DNA of 64,000 nt from a bacterium (GTDB lineage Bacteria; Electryoneota; JAOADG01): positions 960,001 through 1,024,000 of the forward strand of contig OY820579.1 of NCBI GenBank assembly GCA_963681965.1, given 5' to 3'. This document shows positions 48,247-59,155 of this stretch, in pieces. The notes beneath the pieces were generated by a model. The model was given only the letters and a program-made list of their open reading frames with translations. It did no database searches and was not told the origin of the DNA. Positions within the stretch are counted from its first letter, which is position 1, and every line of letters begins with the position of its first letter. Made by a program: the position numbers and the translations under genes.

Positions 48247-49662
48247 ATGAACAGGCAGCTATCGAAATCGATGTTCGGATTGCTACTAATTGCGATACTA
48301 GTTGTATCGTCGCCGATTAGTACGTTTGCTCGAGGCGAAAAAGACGGGTATATCTACGGCAAAATCGAAACCAAATCGGGAAATAGCTATGTCGGAAACA
48401 TCCGGTGGGGTACCGAAGAGGCGTTTTGGGACGATTTTTTCAATTCCACCAAATCCGATAATCCGAACCGGAAATTTCTCGATCGATATTCCAAAAAAGA
48501 TGCCGAAGAAAAATTGTTGAAACCATTGATCCAAAAAGAAAAAGAAGCATTGCGACTGGAACAGGAAGCATACAAGAAGAACGACAAGACACTGATCGAT
48601 GCTGCCGAAAAGTACCGGAAGGAAGTCGAACGACAGCGAATCCACGCCGAACGCATCCAAACCATTTCCAAGCGATCGAAGAACATCAGTATTTTCGGTG
48701 GATCGATTCAAGTCAACTTCGATGGGTTTGCTTCGAATCACATATTCGAAGTTCGATTTGGCGATATCAAGAAAATCAAAGTCGAAGGCAGCGAGGAAGC
48801 CGAAGTGACGATCAAGAACGATCAAGTGTTCGAAGTCTCCGGAGGCTCCAACGATGTCGAAGGTGAAGTAACAATTCAGGATGCTACAATCGGTGAAGTA
48901 AAGGTTCCTTGGAAAAAAATTGAAACAGTCGAATTTATGGCAACCCCTGCGACTATTTCACCGGTAGGTACTCGCTTATACGGGACAGTAGAATCGGAAG
49001 CCGGATCCTTTCAAGGCTTCATTCAGTGGGATGAAGAAGAGTGCTTGACGACCGACAAGTTAGATGGCGATTCCGATGACGGTCGAATGTCGATTGCGAT
49101 GGGATCGATTAGATCAATTTCGCGAAAAAGTAGTTCGAGTTCCCGGGTCGAACTCAAAGATAATCGACAATTGGTATTGGAAGGTACAAACGATGTCGAC
49201 GAATCCAACCGAGGAATAATGGTGGAAGATCCGCGTTTCGGACGGGTCATTGTACCGTGGGATGTTTTCGAAAAAGTCACCTTTACCGATATTGGTAACA
49301 GTGGAACCGGTTATCACGAATTTCCCATTCCCAAGGCACTGACAGGTGTCGTTACCGATGAAGATGGAAAGACTTACACGGGTCGCATTGTGTACGATCT
49401 GGACGAAGCCTACACCTGTGAAATCTTGAGCGGACAGAGCTTTGACGTCGACTACCACATTCCGTTCTCGAAAATTGCTTCGATCTCGCCTAAAACAAGC
49501 CATTCATCGCGAATCGAACTAGTCACCGGTGAAAAAATCACACTGGAAGGATCAGGGGATGTCGACAGCAGTAACAACGGTATCCTCATTTACAAGGATG
49601 GTAACAGTGAACCGGAGTATTTGTATTGGGAAGAAATCGCATCGATCAAATTCGATAAATAG
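48247..49662 (+). CDS. Exported hypothetical protein with three internal repeats
   Basis: Signal peptide; YGKIETKSG.SY.G.IRW / YGTVESEAGSFQGFIQW / TGVVTDEDGKTYTGRIVY, each ending near GSNDV/GTNDV/GSGDV. Confidence 0.75.
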   Translation: MNRQLSKSMFGLLLIAILVVSSPISTFARGEKDGYIYGKIETKSGNSYVGNIRWGTEEAFWDDFFNSTKSDNPNRKFLDRYSKKDAEEKLLKPLIQKEKEALRLEQEAYKKNDKTLIDAAEKYRKEVERQRIHAERIQTISKRSKNISIFGGSIQVNFDGFASNHIFEVRFGDIKKIKVEGSEEAEVTIKNDQVFEVSGGSNDVEGEVTIQDATIGEVKVPWKKIETVEFMATPATISPVGTRLYGTVESEAGSFQGFIQWDEEECLTTDKLDGDSDDGRMSIAMGSIRSISRKSSSSSRVELKDNRQLVLEGTNDVDESNRGIMVEDPRFGRVIVPWDVFEKVTFTDIGNSGTGYHEFPIPKALTGVVTDEDGKTYTGRIVYDLDEAYTCEILSGQSFDVDYHIPFSKIASISPKTSHSSRIELVTGEKITLEGSGDVDSSNNGILIYKDGNSEPEYLYWEEIASIKFDK

Positions 49663-49669
49663 TAGTCTT

Positions 49670-49780
49670 TAGTATCTCTGGAAAATAAGTTGTTATCGGT
49701 AGTAGGGGCGGACCCCCGCGTCCGCCCGCAGGTTAGGCGAAGCCTGACACCGAATCATGATTACTTATTTTCAAGAACTA
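49670..49780. repeat. Structured element containing a GTAG-type REP hairpin
   Basis: GTAG+GGGCGGAC-CCCCGC-GTCCGCCC (49702-49727) enclosed by inverted repeats GAAAATAAGT (49681-49690) and ACTTATTTTC (49763-49772). Confidence 0.6.
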
Positions 49781-50283
49781 CAATCGAGCAAATACACCAA
49801 AATGCCGGAGTGATCCGGCAATTTGCGTTTGTACTCACTGCCTTTTAGACATCGTAATGTTTCCTCAGGGAGCTGATTTAAGTTATAGTAAAACTAAATT
49901 CTTTCTATTATTCAGTAAAACATCAAGGAATATCAGATTATAGAACCGAGCTGATTGACGTAAGGTTCTTTAAAATACGTAATATTAGGTGGATCGACTT
50001 TGTGACAATTCTGCAGAGGGGATGCAAGCAGTATTTCTTTTAGAATCCCGTAAAAATCTTCAGATCTGAAATAAATTCGATTATTTTAAATGAAATGTGG
50101 TTTCCGACAATAAGTCACTCATTTCACTAGGGTTTGTGACACATTTCCTAAAAATATTCTAAACCCAACCGGTGGATAGTTTGTCGAACTCATACCGGAA
50201 AGAGCATCGTGCTTTTTCCAGACTCGTATATTGCCAGATCTTGCCCAAGTTCAATTTCGAAGTATTGCTGAAGGAGAGTACTC

Positions 50284-53200
50284 ATGAATTTGCTCCAGTG
50301 GAAAGCTAACGCTACTCATAATTTCTTTCGCATCCCCATAATATTACTGCTAATCGCACTCTCGACTGTTTCATTTGCGCAAACGCGCTTAGTCAATGGA
50401 ACGCCCGTTTCGGCTTCGGACACCTTACACCGATATTATTTCAACTCGACCACTGTACCCACTGTCTGGTCTGTTGTTGGTGTTCGACCACCGAGCACAG
50501 TCGATTACGATTTACGGTTATATCAGGATGCCGCGGGAACCAACCAATTGGCAGCGTCGACCCAGACGGGTAGTGCCGTTGATTTTGTGGTTGCCGATTT
50601 TCATTACTCTCCCACCAATACCTATTACCCGACTGTTCGCAGTCGTGGCGGTTCCGGTACCTATTGGACAGAATGGCGGGCATCAGCCGATACAATTCCG
50701 ACTGGCGGCATTTCCAATACGATTACATGGAATGCAAATGAAGTCGTGCGCGTTTTCGAACTGCGTATTTACGATCTGCAAACGCAACCGTTGACATTGG
50801 TGAAGACGAGTGGTTCCGCCGATTTCGGATTCGCAGTCTACTCGTCGAATAATACCAGCTACTTTGCCGGTCGCGACGACGCACTTGCCACAACTACGAC
50901 TTCCGGTGCAATTCAGACATTGAATTTCGAAGCGGGTAACGTGTCATGGTATGCCGTTGTGGTCTGGAATAACAACAACCTTCCGGGAACTTTTACGATT
51001 GCCAATCAGCTACCACCGACGATCGCATTGACATCGCCGAACGGCGGCGAAAGTTGGGCTGCGGGTAATAGTTATCCGATTACATGGACTTCGACGGGAT
51101 TGAGTGCAACTGAAAATGTCAAAGTTGAGATCAATCGGAATTATCCACTCGGCACTTGGGATTCGATCACTACCGTACCGAACTCGGGTACTTACTCATG
51201 GTTAGCTTCCGGTCCGGCGACAGCATTGAATCGCATTCGCGTGAGTCATGCAACAACGTCATCCTTGACCGATATGAGTAACAATAATTTTACAATTACC
51301 ATACCGCCTCGGATCACAGTCACCGCACCGAATGGCGGCGAAGTCTGGCAGCTCAATACGACTCAAAATATCACTTGGACATCGAGTGACCTTGCCGGCA
51401 ATGTTAGTATCGAAGTGAACCGCGGTTATCCAACAGGCACTTGGTCGACGATAGTGGCGAGTACGGCGAATACCGGAACGTATGCTTGGACAGTCGCAAG
51501 CCCGGCATCGACAACTTCACGAATTCGCGTTCGATCGGTGACGACAACAACCGTGGGCGATACCAGTAATACCGATTTTACGATCATGGGTCCGCCATCA
51601 ATCACAGTTGCGACACCGAATGGCGGCGAGACTTGGCAAACCGGTACTTCGCAAAATATCACTTGGACTTCATTTAATATCACCGGTGCCGTTCGAATTC
51701 AATTGAATCGCACCTATCCCGCAGGTACTTGGGAAACAGTTACCGATAGTACCGACAATACCGGAACCTATAGTTGGGCCGTTTCCGGAGCCGCTGCGAC
51801 AGCCGCAAGAATTCGCATTTTGTCGCGACAAAATACGTCCTATGGCGACACGAGTAATGCGAACTTCACGATAACGACGGTAACTGGTATCACCGTATCG
51901 TCTCCAGCAGGTGGAGAAACTTGGAATATTGGTTCGGTGCATCCACTTACTTGGACATACTCCGGTGTAACTGGACGAGTTCAGATTCAAATCAATCGAA
52001 CCTATCCGAACGGAACTTGGACAACGCTGTACAATAGCGTGGCGATCGATACCACAATCAACTGGACGGTAACCGGTGCAGCCTCGACGACGGCGCGAAT
52101 TCGCGTGCGTACTACCGCGGTTCCACAGGTAACTGGAACCAGTGCGGCGAATTTTACGATTGCCGATGTTCCGCAAATTACGGTTACCGCACCGAATGGT
52201 GGAGAATCCGTTCAAATCGGCAATATCAGCAATATTACTTGGACGTCAACCGCAATCACCGGAAATGTCAATGTCCAATTAAATCGTACATATCCGACCG
52301 GCACGTGGGAATCGCTTGCTGCGAATATTCCCAACACCAATACATATGCGTGGACAGTAACTGCACCCGCAACAACGACTGCACGGGTTCGCGTTCTTTC
52401 AGTCGACAACACTACTGTTGGCGATACTAGCAATGCGAACTTCACAGTAGCAGTAACAGTCCCCAGCAGCATCACGGTGACTTCGCCGAATGGCGGTGAA
52501 AGTTGGCAATCAGGTACCGCACACGCGATCACTTGGTCTTCCTATCAGATTACCGGACGAATTGCCATCGAATTGAATCGTACATATCCCACCGGCACGT
52601 GGGAAACTGTTGTTGCCGGCACAGCAAATACCGGAACCTATAACTGGACGATTGCCGGCGCAGCCTCGTCATCAGCACGTGTCCGAATTACATCAGTAAC
52701 TACCCCGACCATTGGCGATACCAGCAATGCCGAATTTGCGATTACTGCGGCAACTGGTATTGTCGTTGATGAACCCGTGGGTGGCGAAGATTGGCGAATC
52801 GGTTCGACTCAACCAATCAGTTGGACAGCTACCGGTGTTACTGGAAACGTACAGGTTCAAATCAATCGTACTTATCCGAATGGAACGTGGACAACGCTAT
52901 ATAATAATATTCCGTATGACACTACTGTTGAATGGACTGTTACCGGTGCTGCGACCACAACTGCGCGAATTCGGGTACGTACGGTCACTGTTCCACAAGT
53001 GACTGGAATGAGCGCTGCAAACTTTACAATTTCCGAAGCACCGGTAATTACCGTGACAGCACCAAATGGCGGTGAAGCGGTTCAAATTGGCAGTACTTCG
53101 AATATTACCTGGACTTCTACGGCGATCACTGGCAATGTCTTGTTGTCACTGAATCGAACGTATCCCACGGGTACATGGGAACAGATTGCGACCGATGTGC

Positions 53201-56200
53201 CGAATACGAACAGCTACACTTGGACGGTCACCGGACCGGCTTCGACGTCAGCATGTGTTCGCATTACTTCGATCAGTAATCCCACTGTGGGCGATACCAG
53301 CAATGCGAACTTTACTATTGCCACGTACGTTCCACCAACCATTACGATTACCTCTCCAGTGGGTGGTGAAAATTGGCAGACTGGTTCGGCGCATGCGATC
53401 ACGTGGACGTCGAATCAGATCACTGGTCAGGTGGCAATTCAACTGAATCGCACCTATCCAACCGGTACTTGGGAATCGCTAACTGCGGGAACCAACAACA
53501 CTGGAACCTATAATTGGACAATTACCGGTGCCGCTTCGACGACAGCACGAGTGCGAATCACTTCGGTTGCGGCTCCTACGGTAGGCGATACTAGCAGTGC
53601 TAGTTTTACGATTACTGTAGCAAACGGAATCGTGATTGATTCGCCGGTGGGCGGTGAAAACTGGGGTATCGGTACAGTTCATCCGATCCTTTGGACTGCG
53701 ACTGGAGTGACTGGAAACGTTCAGGTTCAAATCAATCGCACTTATCCGACCGGAACTTGGACGACACTGTACAACAACGTTCCCTACGACACGGTAATTA
53801 ATTGGACAGTTACTGGTGCTGCCACGACAACTGCACGTATCCGCGTCAGAACGACTACTCCCCCGCAAGTTACCGGAACAAGTGCCGCAGATTTCGCAAT
53901 TTCGGTAGTACCGACTCTGGCATTAACCGCACCCGATGGCGGTGAAAGCTGGCAGATTGGAAGTTCCTACGGCATTACTTGGACGTCGCAGAATTTGACG
54001 GGTAACGTCGCATTGGATTTAAATCGGAATTACCCATCCGGAACGTGGGAAACACTCTTTGCCGATATCGCCAATAGCGGATCGCAGTCTTGGACGGTTT
54101 CCGGTGCTGCAACGACGAATGCACGAATTCGAATTCGCTCGACAACCGTTACGACTCTTGCCGATACATCCAATGCAAATTTCAGTTTGGTGACTGTCGC
54201 GCCGCCCAGTATTGTCATCACGTCGCCGAACGGCGGTGAAAACTGGCAGACCGGTAGCGCTCACAATATCACATGGAATGTTACCAATGTCCCCGGTAAT
54301 GTGACTGTTCAATTGAATCGGGCATTTCCAACGGGAACGTGGGAAACACTTTTTGCCGATGTCGCCAATAGCGGATCGCAGTCTTGGACGGTAAGTGGAA
54401 CAGGATCAACAGCTTCGCGAATTCGAATCTATTCGACGACGAATCCGAACTACGCCGACACTAGCAATGCTAACTTTACGATCTCGGTTCCAACCGGAAT
54501 CGTCCTCTCTTCCCCGGTGGGTGGCGAGAATTGGGTGGTCGGTACTTCACATACAATTACTTGGACGACGAATGGTGTCACCATTCCGGGCGTATCGATT
54601 GCCGTGAATCGGGATTGGCCGACTGGAACCTGGACAACACTAACTGCTGGTGTCGTGAACAATGGAACGTATACCTGGACAGTCACCGGACCGGGATCGA
54701 CCACTGCGCGAATTCGCGTAACAAGTCTGGGATCGACTCAGACCTACTCGGATTCCAGTCATGCTAATTTCACGATCTTCCAACCGTCGGGATTGACCGT
54801 CAGTGCACCGAACGGTGGCGAAAACTGGCAAGTCGGTTCGGTACACAATATTACTTGGGCACGAACCAATGCCCCGGGTGCCGTCGCGATTCAGTTGATG
54901 CGAAATTATCCCACCGGTACGTGGGAAAGCATTATCGACAGTTGTGCGAATGACACCTCCTATGCTTGGACCGTTACCGCTCCCGGCTCTACTACCGCAC
55001 GAGTTCGCGTTTACCCATTAACAACTCCGGCGTATGCCGACACCAGCAATGCCAACTTTACTATCACGGTGCCGCAATCGATTACAGTTGTTGCTCCGAA
55101 TGGCGGTGAAAACTGGGTAATCGGTACACAGCACTACGTCACGTGGAGCTGGACCGGAACCATTAATACTGTGGCAATTGAAGCCAAATTGAATTATCCG
55201 AACGGGAATTGGCAGCAAGTAGCGAACAACATCAACAATACCGGTTCTTATTTGTGGACAGTTGCCGGAACCGCTAGCAATGCCGTTCGGTTGCGAGTTC
55301 GTACCCCTGGTGGTGGCGCCGTTGGTGATACTTGCGATGCGAACTTCTCATTGATTCAACCGATCATTCGTGTTACTGCTCCGAATGGTGGGGAAACCTT
55401 TGCAGTCGATTCCGTTCGCGAGATTAGTTGGATTTCGGCAGGTGTCACTGGAAACGTATCGATTGAGCTGAATCGAGCCTACCCGACCGGTACTTGGGAA
55501 TCGATTGCCGCCGATGTCACGAACAATGGTTCCTATATGTGGACTGTCGCAGGTACCACCTCGACAACCGCCCGAGTGCGCGTACGTTCGGTAACCAATA
55601 CTACCATTGGCGATAGCAGCGATACCGATTTCAGTATTTCGGTAACAATTCCACCGAGTATTACTGTAACCAATCCCAACGGTGGCGAACTGTGGGCAAT
55701 TGGATCGCAGCAACCGATCGAATGGCAAGCTGCAGGATTTACCGGTGCGGTTCGGATTCAGGTCAATCGTACCTATCCGACTGGTACTTGGGAAGTGATT
55801 TCCGATAGTGCAACAAACAGTGGAACCTTCACGTGGACGGTAGCCGGAGCAGCTAGTACGACATCGCGAATTCGTGTGCTTTCGCGAAACAATACCGCAA
55901 TCGGCGATACGAGTAATTTCAACTTTACGATCATGGTTCCGATGTCGATGACTGTGACTGCTCCGAATGGTGGGGAACGCTGGTACTTGAATTCGGCGCA
56001 AGTGATCACCTGGAATTCAACCGGTCTAACTGGAAACGTTGCAGTCGACATCAATCGCAATTATCCCACTGGTAACTGGACAGCCTTGGCTGGAAACATT
56101 GCCAATACCGGCACATATAACTGGACCGTGGCAGGAGCGACCACGACGAATGCACGCATTCGAGTACGGTCGTTGAGTTATCCCGCGGTTGTCGATATTT

Positions 56201-59100
56201 CTGATACGAACTTTACCGTTGCAACTCCTCCGGGTATTGTGATGCGTTCCCCGGTTGGCGGCGAGAATTGGTTGGTCGGCGAAACCCATAACATCACTTG
56301 GACGCCTACTGCAATCACCGGCATGGTCGCGATCGAAATCAACCGAACGTATTCAACTGGTGTTTGGGAAGCGATTGGTGAAGCCGCTGGTACCGATACT
56401 ACATACAGTTGGACGGTCAATGGTCCGGCAACAACGACTGCGCGTATTCGCGTACGATCGGAAACCGAACCGCAATATTTCGGAACCAGTACGGCGAACT
56501 TCACCGTATCAGTTCCACCGTCGATCACTGTTACTGCTCCGAATGGTGGCGAAAGCTGGGTTGCTGGAACACAACACAATATCACTTGGACCTCAACCGG
56601 ATCGATTACAAATGTTCAGATCGATGTCAACACCAATTATCCGACGGGTAATTGGACGCGATTATCGAATGGTGCAACTAATAACGGTTCATTCGCTTGG
56701 ACGGTTACCAATACGTTAACTGCGAATGCCCGTGTCCGTATTCGCAATGCAATGGCTACCACGGTTGGCGACACTTCGAATGCCGACTTTGCAATCATTG
56801 CACCGACACTAACTCTGACGGCACCGAATGGTGGCGAAACCTATCAGATTGGATCGACTCAAACAATCACTTGGTCGTCGGTCGGTCTCACCAATAAAGT
56901 TGCTATTTATTTGAATCGTAGTTATCCGGGAACGACTTGGGAAACGGTTACCGATAGTACTGTGAATACCGGAAGCTTCAGTTGGACGGTATCCGGTACA
57001 ACATCGACGACGGCGCGAATTCGAATTCAGGCAGTAGGTAATGCGACCATCGCCGATACGAGCGATGCGAATTTCTCGATCCAACTAATCCAACCACCGA
57101 CAATCACGGTTACCTTGCCGAATGGCGGCGATTCGTGGCAAATCGGTGATTTACGTACGATCCAATGGACTTCGGTGAATATTACCGGTACGGTTCGTAT
57201 TCAATTGAATCGCAATTATCCATCAGGTACTTGGGAAATGCTTGCCGATACCACGACGAATGACGGATCGTTCGCATGGATTGTCGCAGGAACCGCTTCA
57301 AGTGCTGCGAGAATGCGTGTTCTCTCGGTATTGACTCCGACTGTTGGCGATACTTCCAATGCCAACTTCAGCATCGTTGCACCGCCGAGTTTAACGGTTA
57401 CATCACCCAACGGCGGGGAATCGTATACTGTTGGATCGTCGCATGCGATTACCTGGGTCAATAACAATGTCAATGGCAATATCCGGATCGAGTTAAATCG
57501 CGAGTATCCGTCTGGAACGTGGGAAACGATTGTTGCGAGTACTTCCAATTCCGGAACCTACGATTGGTTAGTAGCTGGTACTGCAACATCGCAAGCGCGT
57601 ATCAGAGTCACATCATTGTTGAATAATTCGATTACCGATGTAAGTGACAATATTTTCACGATTGTTGCTCCGATTATCTGGATTCACCATCCGACTGGTG
57701 AAGCGCTAATTATCGGTACATCTGATTCGATTGCGTGGTCATCGCAATACGTTACCGGCAACGTTCGAATTCAAGTGAATCTTAATTACCCTGTTGGAAC
57801 TTGGGATTCGATTGCGACGGTACCGTACAACTCTTCACCTTATCTCTGGGCGGTGAACTACGCTCCATCAGCTCACGTTCGAATTCGAATAGTATCGGTC
57901 GTGACACCTTCGATTATCGGTTTGAGTGCCACCGATTTCAGCATTATCACGCCACCGATTACGCTGTTGCGTCCGAATGGCGGCGAAACGTTCTATATCG
58001 GTAACGTGGATACAGTGCGATTCAGTGCACCTTATATGCCCAATGGTGTCGATATCGAATTGAGTCGGGACTATCCGGTTGATCCATTCCAATCGATCGC
58101 CACACAAGTTCCAGGCTACTACTGGATTTGGAATCCGGTTTCGGGTGCCGCGTCAACGAATGCACGAATTCGCGTGCGAATTCACGGCACCAATGGTGTA
58201 ACAACCAGTGCCGCCAGCTTCACGATTGCCACACCGCAAATCACGTTGCAGCGCCCCAATGGCGGTGAAATTATTGTCAACGGTACTTCTGACACCATTC
58301 GCTGGAATTCACAGCTAACGAGTGGCAACTTGGCGGTGCTCATTAACGACAACTATCCGTCCGGTAACTGGGATACGATTCGTGTGGTTCCGGCTTCGAC
58401 GAATAGCATTCTATGGAATGTTGCTCGAACCGCAACGACAACCGCTCGTGTTAAGGTTCAATCACTAAGTTATCCGTCAATCAGCGCTATCAGTGCTGCG
58501 AACTTTACAATCGTCAATCCGCAAGCATCACTTTTTATCTTACATCCGAATGGTGGCGAAGTATTAGGTGGTGTTATGACGGACACTATTCGTTGGCAGC
58601 GCGTGAATGCCGCTGGAAACGTGTTGGTTGAGTTGAACCGCACCTATCCTTCCGGTGAGTGGGAAATTCTCGGTACTACCGCCGACAGTTATTTATTGTG
58701 GGCAATCACCGGTCCCAACACCAACAGTGCTCGTGTTCGCACGACTTTGATCAGTAATCCTTCTGTTCAGGATGTTAGTGACGGTAACTTTACGATCAAT
58801 ATTACCTCGATCAACGAACGGACAATTTCGGTGCCACACAGCTATGCGCTGGAATCGATTTATCCGAATCCGTTCAATGCTTCGGCTCAGATTGTCGTCG
58901 GTATTCCGCGGGAAGGTCGGGTAACGATCCGGGTATTCGATGTATTGGGTAAGGAAGTAAGCGTGTTGTACAACGGTAACGCTACTCCGGGTGAAATGAT
59001 CGTGCATTGGAATGCAGGAACACTGGCAAGTGGTACTTACATCGTTTCGGTGGAAGCACCGGGCTTTGCACAACGCCGAATGATCCAGTATCTCCGATAG
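50284..59100 (+). CDS. Giant adhesin-like protein with 27 tandem ~96-aa PNGGE Ig-like repeats and T9SS/FlgD-type C-terminal domain
   Basis: 27 hand-counted PxGGE-type...NRxYP.G.W...RIRV repeats; signal peptide; YPNPFNAS...ASGTY C-terminus; AAGGAG RBS. Confidence 0.9.
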   Translation: MNLLQWKANATHNFFRIPIILLLIALSTVSFAQTRLVNGTPVSASDTLHRYYFNSTTVPTVWSVVGVRPPSTVDYDLRLYQDAAGTNQLAASTQTGSAVDFVVADFHYSPTNTYYPTVRSRGGSGTYWTEWRASADTIPTGGISNTITWNANEVVRVFELRIYDLQTQPLTLVKTSGSADFGFAVYSSNNTSYFAGRDDALATTTTSGAIQTLNFEAGNVSWYAVVVWNNNNLPGTFTIANQLPPTIALTSPNGGESWAAGNSYPITWTSTGLSATENVKVEINRNYPLGTWDSITTVPNSGTYSWLASGPATALNRIRVSHATTSSLTDMSNNNFTITIPPRITVTAPNGGEVWQLNTTQNITWTSSDLAGNVSIEVNRGYPTGTWSTIVASTANTGTYAWTVASPASTTSRIRVRSVTTTTVGDTSNTDFTIMGPPSITVATPNGGETWQTGTSQNITWTSFNITGAVRIQLNRTYPAGTWETVTDSTDNTGTYSWAVSGAAATAARIRILSRQNTSYGDTSNANFTITTVTGITVSSPAGGETWNIGSVHPLTWTYSGVTGRVQIQINRTYPNGTWTTLYNSVAIDTTINWTVTGAASTTARIRVRTTAVPQVTGTSAANFTIADVPQITVTAPNGGESVQIGNISNITWTSTAITGNVNVQLNRTYPTGTWESLAANIPNTNTYAWTVTAPATTTARVRVLSVDNTTVGDTSNANFTVAVTVPSSITVTSPNGGESWQSGTAHAITWSSYQITGRIAIELNRTYPTGTWETVVAGTANTGTYNWTIAGAASSSARVRITSVTTPTIGDTSNAEFAITAATGIVVDEPVGGEDWRIGSTQPISWTATGVTGNVQVQINRTYPNGTWTTLYNNIPYDTTVEWTVTGAATTTARIRVRTVTVPQVTGMSAANFTISEAPVITVTAPNGGEAVQIGSTSNITWTSTAITGNVLLSLNRTYPTGTWEQIATDVPNTNSYTWTVTGPASTSACVRITSISNPTVGDTSNANFTIATYVPPTITITSPVGGENWQTGSAHAITWTSNQITGQVAIQLNRTYPTGTWESLTAGTNNTGTYNWTITGAASTTARVRITSVAAPTVGDTSSASFTITVANGIVIDSPVGGENWGIGTVHPILWTATGVTGNVQVQINRTYPTGTWTTLYNNVPYDTVINWTVTGAATTTARIRVRTTTPPQVTGTSAADFAISVVPTLALTAPDGGESWQIGSSYGITWTSQNLTGNVALDLNRNYPSGTWETLFADIANSGSQSWTVSGAATTNARIRIRSTTVTTLADTSNANFSLVTVAPPSIVITSPNGGENWQTGSAHNITWNVTNVPGNVTVQLNRAFPTGTWETLFADVANSGSQSWTVSGTGSTASRIRIYSTTNPNYADTSNANFTISVPTGIVLSSPVGGENWVVGTSHTITWTTNGVTIPGVSIAVNRDWPTGTWTTLTAGVVNNGTYTWTVTGPGSTTARIRVTSLGSTQTYSDSSHANFTIFQPSGLTVSAPNGGENWQVGSVHNITWARTNAPGAVAIQLMRNYPTGTWESIIDSCANDTSYAWTVTAPGSTTARVRVYPLTTPAYADTSNANFTITVPQSITVVAPNGGENWVIGTQHYVTWSWTGTINTVAIEAKLNYPNGNWQQVANNINNTGSYLWTVAGTASNAVRLRVRTPGGGAVGDTCDANFSLIQPIIRVTAPNGGETFAVDSVREISWISAGVTGNVSIELNRAYPTGTWESIAADVTNNGSYMWTVAGTTSTTARVRVRSVTNTTIGDSSDTDFSISVTIPPSITVTNPNGGELWAIGSQQPIEWQAAGFTGAVRIQVNRTYPTGTWEVISDSATNSGTFTWTVAGAASTTSRIRVLSRNNTAIGDTSNFNFTIMVPMSMTVTAPNGGERWYLNSAQVITWNSTGLTGNVAVDINRNYPTGNWTALAGNIANTGTYNWTVAGATTTNARIRVRSLSYPAVVDISDTNFTVATPPGIVMRSPVGGENWLVGETHNITWTPTAITGMVAIEINRTYSTGVWEAIGEAAGTDTTYSWTVNGPATTTARIRVRSETEPQYFGTSTANFTVSVPPSITVTAPNGGESWVAGTQHNITWTSTGSITNVQIDVNTNYPTGNWTRLSNGATNNGSFAWTVTNTLTANARVRIRNAMATTVGDTSNADFAIIAPTLTLTAPNGGETYQIGSTQTITWSSVGLTNKVAIYLNRSYPGTTWETVTDSTVNTGSFSWTVSGTTSTTARIRIQAVGNATIADTSDANFSIQLIQPPTITVTLPNGGDSWQIGDLRTIQWTSVNITGTVRIQLNRNYPSGTWEMLADTTTNDGSFAWIVAGTASSAARMRVLSVLTPTVGDTSNANFSIVAPPSLTVTSPNGGESYTVGSSHAITWVNNNVNGNIRIELNREYPSGTWETIVASTSNSGTYDWLVAGTATSQARIRVTSLLNNSITDVSDNIFTIVAPIIWIHHPTGEALIIGTSDSIAWSSQYVTGNVRIQVNLNYPVGTWDSIATVPYNSSPYLWAVNYAPSAHVRIRIVSVVTPSIIGLSATDFSIITPPITLLRPNGGETFYIGNVDTVRFSAPYMPNGVDIELSRDYPVDPFQSIATQVPGYYWIWNPVSGAASTNARIRVRIHGTNGVTTSAASFTIATPQITLQRPNGGEIIVNGTSDTIRWNSQLTSGNLAVLINDNYPSGNWDTIRVVPASTNSILWNVARTATTTARVKVQSLSYPSISAISAANFTIVNPQASLFILHPNGGEVLGGVMTDTIRWQRVNAAGNVLVELNRTYPSGEWEILGTTADSYLLWAITGPNTNSARVRTTLISNPSVQDVSDGNFTINITSINERTISVPHSYALESIYPNPFNASAQIVVGIPREGRVTIRVFDVLGKEVSVLYNGNATPGEMIVHWNAGTLASGTYIVSVEAPGFAQRRMIQYLR

Positions 59101-59126
59101 CAGTAGAAATAATATTGTATCATTCA

Positions 59127-59154
59127 AAAAGCCCCCGAGCGATCGGGGGCTTTT
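59127..59154. terminator. Bidirectional terminator
   Basis: AAAAGCCCCCGA-GCGA-TCGGGGGCTTTT between convergent genes. Confidence 0.85.
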
Positions 59155-59155
59155 G

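Noticed and set aside
49990-50150. Repeated TTTGTGAC upstream of the 2938-aa gene as CRP/Rex sites
   Set aside because: Only half-sites are present, with no properly spaced TCACA partner
50990-58800. Regular ~290-nt repeats as a CRISPR array
   Set aside because: The repeats are in-frame, degenerate at third codon positions and encode protein domains; there is no repeat-spacer structure or cas gene
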